Positions 20,408 to 29,969 are shown, counted from the stretch's first letter. The stretch: DNA of 64,000 nt from Clostridia bacterium (GCA_045594665.1 JAZNYX010000053.1:71833-135832), one strand, 5' to 3'. A program made the numbers and translations. The notes: generated from the sequence alone by a model not told the origin.

Positions 20408-21123
20408 TTTTGCTTCATCCTTATTTTGCAGTATATAAAGTAGCTTGCCCCCAGTGCTGTGAATATGCCTAAAGCACTGTAGGCGACAATTGTCCACAAG
20501 GGCGCGGTCATATTGAAAATTCCCGTCAGAATTTTTGTTATCATAAAGCATATTACGCCAAACGCCGCTATATAGACGGCATTTTCGGTAACGCTGTTTT
20601 TTTCTGTGTATGCATAGGAGCCCAGTGTAGTCTGAAATTGTGCTAAAAGTCCGCTTCGTGAAAGCTTCTTCAAAAATACAAAGGCAATACTTCCGCCGAT
20701 AAGCGTTCCGCAAATAAATGACGGCACGTAAAAAAGCCAGCTAAGTCCTTCTTTCCCCCAGAAAAATGTCATAACAGGATAGGAGCAAATTGCACCCACA
20801 ATACCTGTTCCGATAATTTCTCCTATTACTGCGCAGACTATTTTCCCCTTTGAAAGCCTGTAAAAGACCCCCGATAAAAACGCCCCGAAGATTGCCCCCG
20901 TAAGAGCAATGGGCGGAATGGACATCAGCACCATCCTGATTATACCGATAATTACTGCGCATAAAAGCGAGTACCACGGCCCCAGGAACACCGAACAGAC
21001 AATGTTGATGAAATGTGCCATGGGACACATTCCTTCAAATCTCAAAATGGGTGATATAATTACCCCCAGAGCAACCAGCATTGAAAGCACAGTTAATTTG
21101 ACAATTCCTTTTTGATTTTTCAT
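20404..21123 (-). CDS. thiW: ECF S component ThiW with C-terminal two-TM extension
   Basis: CPMAHFINI..LGPW, GEIIGTGIVGA; first gene after the TPP riboswitch. Confidence 0.88.
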   Translation of the reverse strand: MKNQKGIVKLTVLSMLVALGVIISPILRFEGMCPMAHFINIVCSVFLGPWYSLLCAVIIGIIRMVLMSIPPIALTGAIFGAFLSGVFYRLSKGKIVCAVIGEIIGTGIVGAICSYPVMTFFWGKEGLSWLFYVPSFICGTLIGGSIAFVFLKKLSRSGLLAQFQTTLGSYAYTEKNSVTENAVYIAAFGVICFMITKILTGIFNMTAPLWTIVAYSALGIFTALGASYFIYCKIRMKQK

Positions 21124-21271
21124 TTTGTTTTTCCTCTTTTCGTATATAATACGAAGTTAAAAAAGCTTCGCTCGGTCGGAAATCAATTTTTCCCTCTCAA
21201 ACTGAAACACAGCCTCCCTCGCTTCCTACAACTCCCAGGCGCTCCCCCGTAAGCCGAAACCTCCTTTCTGC

Positions 21272-21310
21272 AAAATAAAAACGGACAGTCCCGATATGGA
21301 CTATCCGTTA
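21272..21310 (-). terminator. Terminator of the TPP riboswitch expression platform
   Basis: Minus strand AACGGATAGTCC..GGACTGTCCGTT followed by TTTATTTT. Confidence 0.7.
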
Positions 21311-21321
21311 AAAGCAAACTA

Positions 21322-21412
21322 TGACTTCCTACGGCGGCATTATCCGCATCAGGTTATAGGGTCGAAGTTTGATTACTTCCTCTCAGCCTGCCTCTACAAG
21401 CTCCCCTGTATA
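21322..21412 (-). ncRNA. TPP riboswitch
   Basis: Minus strand AGGGGAGC..GCTGAGAG..GACCC..AACCTGAT.CGGATAATGCCGCCGTAGGAAG upstream of thiW-thiMEDC; TTGACA-17-TAAAAT promoter upstream. Confidence 0.95.
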
Positions 21413-21628
21413 ATTTATTATTCGATTGTTTTTGATTTTACAACATATTTTCCTTGTTGTCAAGAGGAATTTCTATAAATGCGTCCTTCATATAAATTGT
21501 GTTTGTGGCAATACGTGTTTTCGGGGCTTTTGCCCAGTGGCATTTAAGATTGGAGTGGGAGGCAAATTCATAGAGGGAAATGTCGTGTGCCTTTCCATTG
21601 TGCGCCTTTTCATATGGGGTACATAATA

Positions 21629-22258
21629 TTAGCCTCTTATTCCAAATAAACTGAGAACCAGCGGTATCGAAACACATGCAAGAATATTTGAGATAATTGC
21701 CAGCCCGGCACCGATACTGCAATCTTCTCCAACCAATCGGGGAAAGACAATTGTATTAAGTCCGCAGGGCATTGCATACATCAAAACTGCAATCTGGATA
21801 ACGGTTGTATTAAAAAACGGTGTCAGGCATAAGCCAATAAGTATCGGCAGAATGAAATTTCGAAGAAGTGTTACGATGTAGAGCTTTTTTGCTTTAAGCA
21901 TCGATTTGAAACTAAATTCCGCAATTACAATTCCTGTTAAAAGCATACTTACAGGTGCCATGCAGGCACTTGCTTTGCTGAGAACCGTCAGCATGGTATC
22001 GGGAAGCTTGATTCCCGAAAGTCCGATGGGAATACCCAGTATCATTGCCAGTATGACGGGGTTGAGAAGCTTTTTAAACGTAAGCGAACGCTTGGTCAGT
22101 TTACAAAAACTTACCGTGTATATGTACATTGAAAGGGGGATTGCAAATATCATTGCATTGAGAAGTCCTGTTTCACCCAATATGCTTTCCGCCAATGCGT
22201 AGCCCATATAACTGTAGTTAGGAACAATGAGTGAATATTCATATATACTGCTCCCAAA
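21629..22258 (-). pseudogene. 5'-truncated AEC-family (auxin efflux carrier-like) transporter
   Basis: In-frame IYEYSLIVPNYSYMGY upstream of the annotated Met, LLNPVILA, AMPCG; N-terminal third is missing and no SD/start seen. Confidence 0.7.
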
Positions 22259-22406
22259 TAAATTGATTATACTACGTAACTGTCAGAAAGTAAATGGAAA
22301 ATTTGAAATAATAACTAAAAAAATCTTTACAAACAAAAAAAACTGTAGTATTATAATGCCGTATTGTATCTCCCCTGAGGAGAATAATAACAAGGAGGAA
22401 TTTAAT

Positions 22407-23006
22407 ATGGAAAACAGAGGAAAAATGTCGACCAAAACAATGGTAATCGGCGCACTTTTGACTGCTTTGGTATTTGTATTGCAGTTTATGGGCGCGGCAA
22501 TCAGGTTTGGAACCTTCTCAATTTCCTTGGTACTGATTCCGATTGTAATCGGTGCAGTAACCTGCGGGAGAGGCGTGGGAACGTGGCTGGGCTTGGTTTT
22601 CGGCGGTGCAGTTCTGGCAAGCGGTGATGCAACATTCTTTATGCAGTTTAATGCTGTGGGAACGGTAATCACAGTGCTTTTAAAGGGAGCAGCTTGCGGA
22701 TTTGTATCGGGGCTTACTTATGAGCTTGTATGTAAGCTTTTTTCAAGTAGCAGCAGATACGCACGTCATATTGCGGCAGTTTGTGCGGCAATTGTGTGTC
22801 CCATTATAAATACAGGGGTGTTCCTTTTGGGTTGCCTTGTATTTTTGATGGATGCAGTGGCAGAACTTTCAGGCGGTGGTGTTCCGATAGGTCAGTTTAT
22901 GATTTTTGTGCTTGTAGGAATTAATTTCTTGCTTGAAATGGCGGTTAACATAATATTTGCACCGGCTCTTGTACATATTATCAAGGTAGTAAGTAAGGAA
23001 AGATAA
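22407..23006 (+). CDS. panT: ECF S component, likely pantothenate transporter
   Basis: AAGGAGG SD; LIPIVIGA..G..LGLVFG, INTGVFL, INFLLE; cotranscribed with coaX. Confidence 0.75.
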   Translation: MENRGKMSTKTMVIGALLTALVFVLQFMGAAIRFGTFSISLVLIPIVIGAVTCGRGVGTWLGLVFGGAVLASGDATFFMQFNAVGTVITVLLKGAACGFVSGLTYELVCKLFSSSSRYARHIAAVCAAIVCPIINTGVFLLGCLVFLMDAVAELSGGGVPIGQFMIFVLVGINFLLEMAVNIIFAPALVHIIKVVSKER

Positions 23007-23008
23007 GT

Positions 23009-23773
23009 ATGATTTTAGTAATTGATATAGGTAATACAAATATTGTGGCAGGCTGCGTTGAAGGGAAAAATATTCTTTTCCGTGAACGGCTTTCCACGGC
23101 TCACCGTGCGACACGGCTCGAATACAGTGTGCTTTTTAAGACTGCCTTTGATATGTACAGCGTTGACTACAGAAATATTGAAGGTGCAATTATTTCTTCG
23201 GTTGTGCCGTCTGTTACAAATATAGTCAAAGAAGCAATAGAAAAGCTCTGCGGCATCAGTGTGATGGTGGTAGGTCCGGGGCTTAAAACGGGTATCAGCA
23301 TTGTGATTGATAATCCCGCACAGCTGGGTAGTGACCTTGTGGTTGATGCCGTTGCAGGCATTGAAGAATATCCGCTTCCGCAGATTATTATTGATATGGG
23401 AACAGCAACCACCGTTTCTGTTATAAATAAACAGAAGCAGTTTTTAGGCGGAGCCATTCTTCCCGGTGTGGCGGTTTCCCACGATGCCCTTATAGGGAGA
23501 ACCTCGCAGCTTCCCAAGGTAGCCTTTGAAAAACCGAAAAAAATTATCGGAACTAATACCATAGATTCTATCAAGAGCGGTATTCTCTACGGTAACGCAG
23601 GTGCTATTGAGGGAATAGTGGACAGATTTGAAAGCGAGCTTGGGGAAAAATGCACAGTCATTGCCACAGGCGGACTTGCAAAGGTGATTGTACCCCTTTG
23701 TAAGCGTGACATTATCGTGGACGAGGATTTGCTCCTTAAGGGCTTGATGCTGATATACGAGAAGAACAAATAA
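23009..23773 (+). CDS. coaX: Type III pantothenate kinase
   Basis: IDIGNTN, ISSVVP, LGSD, DMGTATT, IATGG. Confidence 0.95.
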   Translation: MILVIDIGNTNIVAGCVEGKNILFRERLSTAHRATRLEYSVLFKTAFDMYSVDYRNIEGAIISSVVPSVTNIVKEAIEKLCGISVMVVGPGLKTGISIVIDNPAQLGSDLVVDAVAGIEEYPLPQIIIDMGTATTVSVINKQKQFLGGAILPGVAVSHDALIGRTSQLPKVAFEKPKKIIGTNTIDSIKSGILYGNAGAIEGIVDRFESELGEKCTVIATGGLAKVIVPLCKRDIIVDEDLLLKGLMLIYEKNK

Positions 23774-23783
23774 TATTAAATGC

Positions 23784-23816
23784 CAAAAGCAGGTATCTTA
23801 GTGATACCTGCTTTTG
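23784..23816 (+). terminator. Intrinsic terminator
   Basis: CAAAAGCAGGTATC-ttagt-GATACCTGCTTTTG. Confidence 0.7.
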
Positions 23817-23871
23817 CAGTTGATGCTGAAAAAGCGTAGTAACCGTAATGGCTACATACAGCACTTTTTCG

Positions 23872-23900
23872 TTGACAAGGTCTGACAAGCGTGGTATAAT
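23872..23900 (+). promoter_or_regulatory. sigma-A promoter of the type I toxin mRNA
   Basis: TTGACA-17-TATAAT with TG extension. Confidence 0.85.
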
Positions 23901-24014
23901 GCCCTTGGATAGGAAGTCGCGTTGAGTTTTATCCAATTTGTAGACGTTAGGCGGTTGACCCTTTATCATTATAGAGGGTTTTCGTTTCTTTTTCCCTCGG
24001 AAAGGGGGAATGCC

Positions 24015-24104
24015 ATGGTTACATATGAAGGCTTGTTCCTGTTTACAACCTTGATTGTTGGACTTGTTGGTACTTGCTATACGATTTTTAGCAAAAAGAA
24101 ATAA
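24015..24104 (+). CDS. Type I toxin, holin-like hydrophobic peptide, 29 aa
   Basis: MVTYEGLFLFTTLIVGLVGTCYTIFSKKK: one TM plus basic tail; SD in a hairpin; 5'-3' end pairing of the mRNA. Confidence 0.8.
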   Translation: MVTYEGLFLFTTLIVGLVGTCYTIFSKKK

Positions 24105-24188
24105 CCGCCCACACGACCAAATGTAGCGGTTATATTCTTTTAATCACACATAGGGGTCAACCGTCTGTTGACTTCCTATCTTTTTTCT
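24093..24188 (-). ncRNA. Putative type I antitoxin antisense RNA
   Basis: TTGACA(24223-24218)-17-TATAAT(24200-24195); terminator ATAACCGC/GCGGTTAT plus U-rich tail overlapping the toxin stop. Confidence 0.75.
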
Positions 24189-24327
24189 ATGTTCATTATA
24201 TCAGATTGGTTTATGAATGTCAATCATTTCGCGGAAAAAATATAGTGTTCCCGATTTTAGTATGTAGGAAGGAAACAAAACAAGGGTATGTACATAGTAC
24301 ATACCCTGATTTTAAGCAATCAAAGAT

Positions 24328-24591
24328 TTACGCGATAGCACCGAGTGCCTTAGCGAGCTGGCTCTTTTTGCGGCTAACAGTGTTCTTCTTGTACACACCC
24401 TTAGCTACAGCCTGGTCAAGCTTCTTTGCGCAAAGATTGTAAAGCTCCTGAGCGGCAGCCTTATTTCCTTCGCTTACAGCTGCTTCAAACTTCTTAAGCT
24501 CTGTCTTGATAGCTGATTTAACCATACGATTTTCAAGAGTTTTCTTATCGATAACGAGAACTCTCTTCTTAGCTGATTTAATGTTAGGCAT
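24328..24591 (-). CDS. rpsT: 30S ribosomal protein S20
   Basis: MPNIKSAKKR..LDQAVAKG..KNTVSRKKSQL. Confidence 0.97.
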   Translation of the reverse strand: MPNIKSAKKRVLVIDKKTLENRMVKSAIKTELKKFEAAVSEGNKAAAQELYNLCAKKLDQAVAKGVYKKNTVSRKKSQLAKALGAIA

Positions 24592-24685
24592 TATATTTTC
24601 ACCTCCAACACATTATGGAACAAAATGCATTATAGCATATATTATTCCAAAATGCAAGGTTTTTTTGATAAAATAATTAAATTTT

Positions 24686-25627
24686 TTATTCTATCTGTAA
24701 ATTGTACTTTTCATCGAAATTATCGGTAGTTATTACATCGCCGTTGTCCATAATGATCAGTGCGTCCGTATCGGGAAATTCATTACATAAAGAAATGGCG
24801 TCCTCTCCCAAAATAAATATAGCTGTGCTCAGTGCATCGGCATGCATGGAAGATGGGGAAATAACTGTTACGGAGGAAATTCCGCTTTGGGCACTATAGC
24901 CCGTTCGTGGGTCAATTATATGATGATACCTTTTTCCCTCATATTCAAAATACCGCTGATAATCTCCGCTTGTTACCGCACTTTTATCCTTTAGCCTGAT
25001 TGTGGCAAAGACCTCATCGGGGGAAGATGGGTTTCGTATTCCTACCGTATATTCGCCAAGAACCGCCACGTTGCCACCTAAGTCAATTATTACATTTTCT
25101 ACGCTATTTTCCTTGAAATGCTCTGCCAGTTTGTCCGCAATATATCCTTTTGCCACAGCACCTAAATCAAGCGTAGCTTTGCCCAGAGAAAAAGGGGACA
25201 GGGAAATGTTTTCATAGCCAACAAAACTAAGTGCCTTTTTAACCTCCGCTTCTTCTGGCGGCTCCTTACGACTGTTTACATTCCACAGCTTACTGAGGGG
25301 TGCCACGGTAATATCAAAAGCTCCATGAGTTTTTTCGGAAAAATCAAGAGAAAACTCAAGCACATTTTTCATGTGGGGTGATAAATCCTTTGCCGATGAA
25401 TTATTAATTTTATAAAGCTCACTATCGGGGCTTGTACGGCTGAATATAAGTTCATACTCCTTGCATATTTCAAGTGCCGTTCCGATATGCTCTTTATCCT
25501 TTTTGTCTGCGGTTATGCTTACAACTGTGTCAAAGGCAAAGCTTTGTCTGGTTATTCTTTCCTGTGTGCTTTCGCAGCCTGTAAAAAGGAGGAGAGCCAC
25601 CGATAATAAAAGAAAGATTTTTTTCAT
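24686..25627 (-). CDS. apbE: FAD:protein FMN transferase lipoprotein
   Basis: Lipobox FTGC, LDLGAVAKGY, VTSGDYQRY, HHIIDPRTG, ADALSTA. Confidence 0.92.
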   Translation of the reverse strand: MKKIFLLLSVALLLFTGCESTQERITRQSFAFDTVVSITADKKDKEHIGTALEICKEYELIFSRTSPDSELYKINNSSAKDLSPHMKNVLEFSLDFSEKTHGAFDITVAPLSKLWNVNSRKEPPEEAEVKKALSFVGYENISLSPFSLGKATLDLGAVAKGYIADKLAEHFKENSVENVIIDLGGNVAVLGEYTVGIRNPSSPDEVFATIRLKDKSAVTSGDYQRYFEYEGKRYHHIIDPRTGYSAQSGISSVTVISPSSMHADALSTAIFILGEDAISLCNEFPDTDALIIMDNGDVITTDNFDEKYNLQIE

Positions 25628-25639
25628 ATGAATTTCACC

Positions 25640-26179
25640 TTAAAAATATATATACTCGTAAATTTTAACATACCTTTGGATTTTGCCGACGTGGCGTTTT
25701 GTTTCCCCGAAAGGAATATCCTGCAAGGTCTTTGAGTCCTTACTGTATTTTGAATCCTTAAGCCACCTGTCTACATTTGTTTCGCCTGCGTTATATGCGG
25801 CAACGGCATTTTTCATGTTGCCACCGTACTTGTCAAGAAGATAGGAAAGATACCAGATTCCGCACTGTATATTGGCTTGTGCATTAAAAATATTTGCATC
25901 GGAAACACCCAGCTCTTTCAGACAGTATTCAAAGGTCTCATCCGTTATCTGCATCAGCCCCTTTGCTCCTGCGTGGCTCTGTGCATTTTCCTTGAAATTA
26001 CTTTCCGCTTTTATCAGGGCATATACAAGAGGTGGATTTACACCATATTCCTCACAGTATTTTTCAATTAAATTTTCGTGTTTAATCGGGAATATTCCCC
26101 GAAAAATCCATAGCGTAACGGCTATGATTATAAAAATGAAGAAAAGTGTTGTAAAAAAGCTTTTACGTGTCTTAGCCAT
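25640..26179 (-). CDS. SLT-family lytic transglycosylase
   Basis: ALIKAESNF, AKGLMQI, AAYNAG, PFGET. Confidence 0.9.
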   Translation of the reverse strand: MAKTRKSFFTTLFFIFIIIAVTLWIFRGIFPIKHENLIEKYCEEYGVNPPLVYALIKAESNFKENAQSHAGAKGLMQITDETFEYCLKELGVSDANIFNAQANIQCGIWYLSYLLDKYGGNMKNAVAAYNAGETNVDRWLKDSKYSKDSKTLQDIPFGETKRHVGKIQRYVKIYEYIYF

Positions 26180-26756
26180 TTATTTCTCCCAAGAATTTAT
26201 TATAAAGAAGAGTGATGATCTCCCGGAGTTCATCTTCTCCGAGATTATTTTCTATGATAATTGCTTCCCTGTCGTAATCCTTCTGCGAATTCATACGCTT
26301 TAAGGCATCTTCACGGCTTATATTGTCACGTGCCATAATTCTTTCAAGCCGTGTTTTTTCATCAGCTTCAATTACCACGATATGCTTGCACAAAAGGTCA
26401 GCACCGCTTGACCTAAGCTCACTTCCGTCCATAATGCATATGTCGCTTCCGCTGTCCTTGCATAAGGACAAGCATCTTTCGACAATCGCCTTATGCACGA
26501 CACCGTTAAGCAAAAGAAGATTCTTTTCATCGGAAAAGACAAGATTTCCCAAAGCTTTTCTGTCAATGTTATTTTCGCTGTCTAAAATTGAATCGGAAAA
26601 TAGTTCGCAAAGCTTTTTCTTTATTTCATTGTCAAAAAGAATTTCGTGTGCAACGCTGTCACAGTCGGCAACGAATGCACCTAAATCTTTAAACATACGG
26701 GCGGCACTCGATTTTCCGCTGCCTGTTTTTCCCGTAAGACCTACCAGCATTTTCAT
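26172..26756 (-). CDS. coaE: Dephospho-CoA kinase
   Basis: GLTGKTGSGKSS, IDRKALGNLVF, RIMARD. Confidence 0.92.
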   Translation of the reverse strand: MKMLVGLTGKTGSGKSSAARMFKDLGAFVADCDSVAHEILFDNEIKKKLCELFSDSILDSENNIDRKALGNLVFSDEKNLLLLNGVVHKAIVERCLSLCKDSGSDICIMDGSELRSSGADLLCKHIVVIEADEKTRLERIMARDNISREDALKRMNSQKDYDREAIIIENNLGEDELREIITLLYNKFLGEING

Positions 26757-26770
26757 AGGGGATTTTCCTT

Positions 26771-29269
26771 TCACTTAGTTTCATACCAGCTTCTGCCTAT
26801 CTTAACATCCGCGCGAAGAGGCACACTGAGAGAAACAGCGTTTTCCATTTCTTCTTTTAATATATCAGCGACTGTCTGTGCCTTTTCTTCAGGCACTTCA
26901 CAAATAAGTTCATCGTGCACTTGGAGAATAAGCCTTGCTTCGGGGCATTTCTCCCTGAGAGCATCGTATACCTTAACCATGGCAATCTTGATAATATCCG
27001 CCGCCGTTCCCTGAATGGGTGCATTCATCGCGGCACGCTCGCCAAATGAGCGGAGATTAAAATTCTTTGCACTAAGCTCGGGGATATATCTGCGTCTGCC
27101 GAAAACAGTGGTAACAAAGCCGTCCGCCCTTGCTTTTTCAATGGTGGTTTCCATATAACTTTTTACACCGCTGTAATGATTAAAGTAGCTGTCAATGTAT
27201 TCCTTGGCTTCCTTACGGCTGATTTTAAGCTCCCCGGCAAGGGAAAATTCACTCTGTCCGTAAATAATTCCGAAATTAACCGTCTTTGCACGGGAACGCA
27301 TATCGTCCGTCACAAGAAAATCAGGCACATTGAACACCTGCGTTGCCGTTATGGTATGAATATCATCATCATTTATAAATGCGTCCTGCATTACCTTATC
27401 CTGTGCCATGTGAGCAAGCACCCGAAGCTCAATTTGGGAGTAGTCGGCACCAACGAGAAGATGCCCCTCCTTTGCCACAAACATTTTGCGGATTTCCCTT
27501 CCTATTTCCGTGCGGACGGGGATATTCTGCAAATTAGGCTCGGCAGAGCTGATTCTGCCCGTAGCGGTAACGGTCTGTTTCAGCGTGGAACGGATTCTTC
27601 CTTCTTCATCAAGAAGCGGAAGAAAGGCATCGGCATAGGTGGACTTCAATTTTGCCAGATGGCGGTATTCGATTATAAGGTCTATAATTTCATGTTTTCC
27701 GCGAAGCTTTTCCAGAACGGAGGAATCCGTGGAATAGCCTGTTTTGGTTTTCTTTATTACGGGAAGCCCCATATCCTCAAAGAGAAGCTTTCCGAGCTGC
27801 TTGGTGGAATTAATATTAATTTCGCCGCCTGCCATGAAATATATTGCGTTTTCAAGAGCACAAATTCTTTCTCCGAGCATTTTGGCAAATTTATAAAGCT
27901 CATCGCGGTCGATTTTAAAGCCCGAAACCTCCATGCTGTAAAGAACATTTTCAAGGGGAAGCTCTATGTCATTTAATAAAGAAAGCTGACCTCTGTTTGA
28001 AATTTCCTCCGTCTGCTTTACTGCAAGGTCGGGGAGGGAAACTGCGGAAAGCGGTAAATCATAAAGGGCAAAAAGCTCATTTATATTATATTCGCTTCTT
28101 GAGGGGTCTATGATATACGCCGCAATTTCACTGTCGTAGTATTCTCCCGAAAGGCTAATGCCCTTTTCGCTAAGAATATGGCGTGTTTTTTTATATTCGT
28201 GAGTGTATTTCTTTATTTTTTCGTTTTCCAAGACTGATTTGAGTGAAGTAATGTTCGCGGTATATGCCTTTTTATCTGTGCAGAATTCAATTTGTTCTTC
28301 ATTTAATATAAAGTAAAATGAGTCGTGCTTTTTGGCATCTGATATAATCTCGTCCGTTGCCTCTATGGGCTTTTCTGCTTCTTTTACCTCTTTATGAACA
28401 GGGGTGCAGAGCCTTTCGGCAATTTTGCGAAGCTCTAATTCTTCAAGCTTTTTTGAAAGGGCGGCATTATCTGCTTCCTTATATAAAGCATCTTCAATTT
28501 TAAAATCAATGGGAACATTTTTGTCAATGGTGCAAAGCTTATAGCACATATATGCATCGTCCTTGCCCGCAATAAGCTTTTCACGTGCCGCTTTTTTAAT
28601 ATAGTCGCTTTCAATATCGGCGTAAAGATTATCCAGGGAATGGAAATGATTAAGTAAATCAAAAGCGGTCTTTTCTCCTATTCCTTTTACTCCCGGAATG
28701 TTATCGGAGGAGTCTCCCATCAGTGCCTTTACGGCAATAAATTCTTCGGGGGTGACGGAATATTTTTCAAAAACTCCGTCACTGTCCAGCTCCTCGGTTG
28801 TGGTTTGTCCCATTCTTGTAGTGGTAAGAAGCACATGGGTGTTTTTGCTTGCAAGCTGAAGGTCGTCCTTATCTCCCGTTACGATATTGCATCTTAAATT
28901 ATTTTCATCGCAGATGCGGCTAACCGTTCCGATAATGTCATCTGCCTCGTAGCCCTCCAGTGAAAGCTGAAGTATGTTCATAGCGGAAAGGACCTCCTTG
29001 AGGTGGGGCATTTGCTCGGCAAGGTCATCGGGCATACCCTTTCTCTGTGCCTTATACGCCTCATACATTTTGTGGCGGAAGGTAGGAGCTTTAAGGTCGA
29101 ATGCCACGCAAAGATAATCGGGCTTATATTCATCAATGTATTTAAGCATGATATTCATAAATCCGAATATGGCGTTGGTGGGGATACCTGTTTTGGTGGA
29201 AAGAGGGCGTACCCCGTAGTATGCACGGTTTACGATGCTGTTTCCGTCTATTATAATAAGGTTTTTCAT
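26771..29269 (-). CDS. polA: DNA polymerase I
   Basis: IDGNS..RAYY, YEADD, DYSQIELR, AKTVNFGIIYG, LQVHDEL. Confidence 0.97.
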   Translation of the reverse strand: MKNLIIIDGNSIVNRAYYGVRPLSTKTGIPTNAIFGFMNIMLKYIDEYKPDYLCVAFDLKAPTFRHKMYEAYKAQRKGMPDDLAEQMPHLKEVLSAMNILQLSLEGYEADDIIGTVSRICDENNLRCNIVTGDKDDLQLASKNTHVLLTTTRMGQTTTEELDSDGVFEKYSVTPEEFIAVKALMGDSSDNIPGVKGIGEKTAFDLLNHFHSLDNLYADIESDYIKKAAREKLIAGKDDAYMCYKLCTIDKNVPIDFKIEDALYKEADNAALSKKLEELELRKIAERLCTPVHKEVKEAEKPIEATDEIISDAKKHDSFYFILNEEQIEFCTDKKAYTANITSLKSVLENEKIKKYTHEYKKTRHILSEKGISLSGEYYDSEIAAYIIDPSRSEYNINELFALYDLPLSAVSLPDLAVKQTEEISNRGQLSLLNDIELPLENVLYSMEVSGFKIDRDELYKFAKMLGERICALENAIYFMAGGEININSTKQLGKLLFEDMGLPVIKKTKTGYSTDSSVLEKLRGKHEIIDLIIEYRHLAKLKSTYADAFLPLLDEEGRIRSTLKQTVTATGRISSAEPNLQNIPVRTEIGREIRKMFVAKEGHLLVGADYSQIELRVLAHMAQDKVMQDAFINDDDIHTITATQVFNVPDFLVTDDMRSRAKTVNFGIIYGQSEFSLAGELKISRKEAKEYIDSYFNHYSGVKSYMETTIEKARADGFVTTVFGRRRYIPELSAKNFNLRSFGERAAMNAPIQGTAADIIKIAMVKVYDALREKCPEARLILQVHDELICEVPEEKAQTVADILKEEMENAVSLSVPLRADVKIGRSWYETK

Positions 29270-29461
29270 TTTCCTACTCCTTACAAAATCATTTCATTAT
29301 ATATTATACCTCATATTGGTAAAAAATCAAGGTAATAGTTAGCCAAAAGGGGTTTTCTTGTGCGGAATTTCAATAAATTTGAAAAAAATAAAAAAAATAC
29401 TTGCTTTTTTTGTTTTTATCTGTTAGAATATCCTATGCGTGTTATGAAATGAACTTATTTC

Positions 29462-29736
29462 TAGCCGAAAGAGAAAAGTCCGAACTCGCTCCAGACGGTG
29501 AAATTCCGGCATCTTTCGGTTTGTCATCTTTGCAAGGCACGAGCCTTGCTTCATCTTCCGCACCAAAATCTACTCGAAATTTCATCGGTTTGGAGTCGAA
29601 GAATTTTCAGAGAGCGGATTTTTGGTTGCGCAAGCCAAAAACGCAGGGAATACTTTGTGTATTTCCGAGTATTTTAACACAGCGAAAGCGGAAATCCGCC
29701 TCTGAAAATCGAGTTTGGATTATTCTCTTTCGGCTA
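29462..29736. mobile_element. MITE-like element, family 3 (TAGCC..GGCTA ends), in the rpmB 5' UTR
   Basis: Terminal IR TAGCCGAAAGAGAA/TTCTCTTTCGGCTA, 275 bp; internal motifs shared with 45199-45474. Confidence 0.7.
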
Positions 29737-29751
29737 AGGAGGGAAATAGAT

Positions 29752-29940
29752 ATGGCTAAATGTGATGTATGCGGTAAGGGTGTTACTTTTGGTATTAAGG
29801 TAAGCCACTCTCACAGAAGATCAAATCGTGCTTGGAAGGCTAATGTTAAGACTGTAAAAGCAGTTGTTAACGGTTCTCCCAAGACAATCCACGTTTGCTC
29901 CCGTTGCCTGAGAAGCGGAAAAGTTGTAAGAGCTATCTGA
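29752..29940 (+). CDS. rpmB: 50S ribosomal protein L28
   Basis: MAKCDVCGK..VSHSHRRSNRAWKAN..CSRCLRSG; AAGGAGG SD. Confidence 0.97.
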   Translation: MAKCDVCGKGVTFGIKVSHSHRRSNRAWKANVKTVKAVVNGSPKTIHVCSRCLRSGKVVRAI

Positions 29941-29969
29941 TTTCTCTCGTAATTAATTTGGAACAAACT

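Noticed and set aside
20408-20713. Extended N-terminus of thiM in the ORF track
   Set aside because: It overlaps thiW in another frame; ThiM similarity starts after 20407
29401-29751. Apparent 117-aa N-terminal extension of L28
   Set aside because: It is an open frame through the promoter and MITE; a strong SD precedes the normal start at 29752
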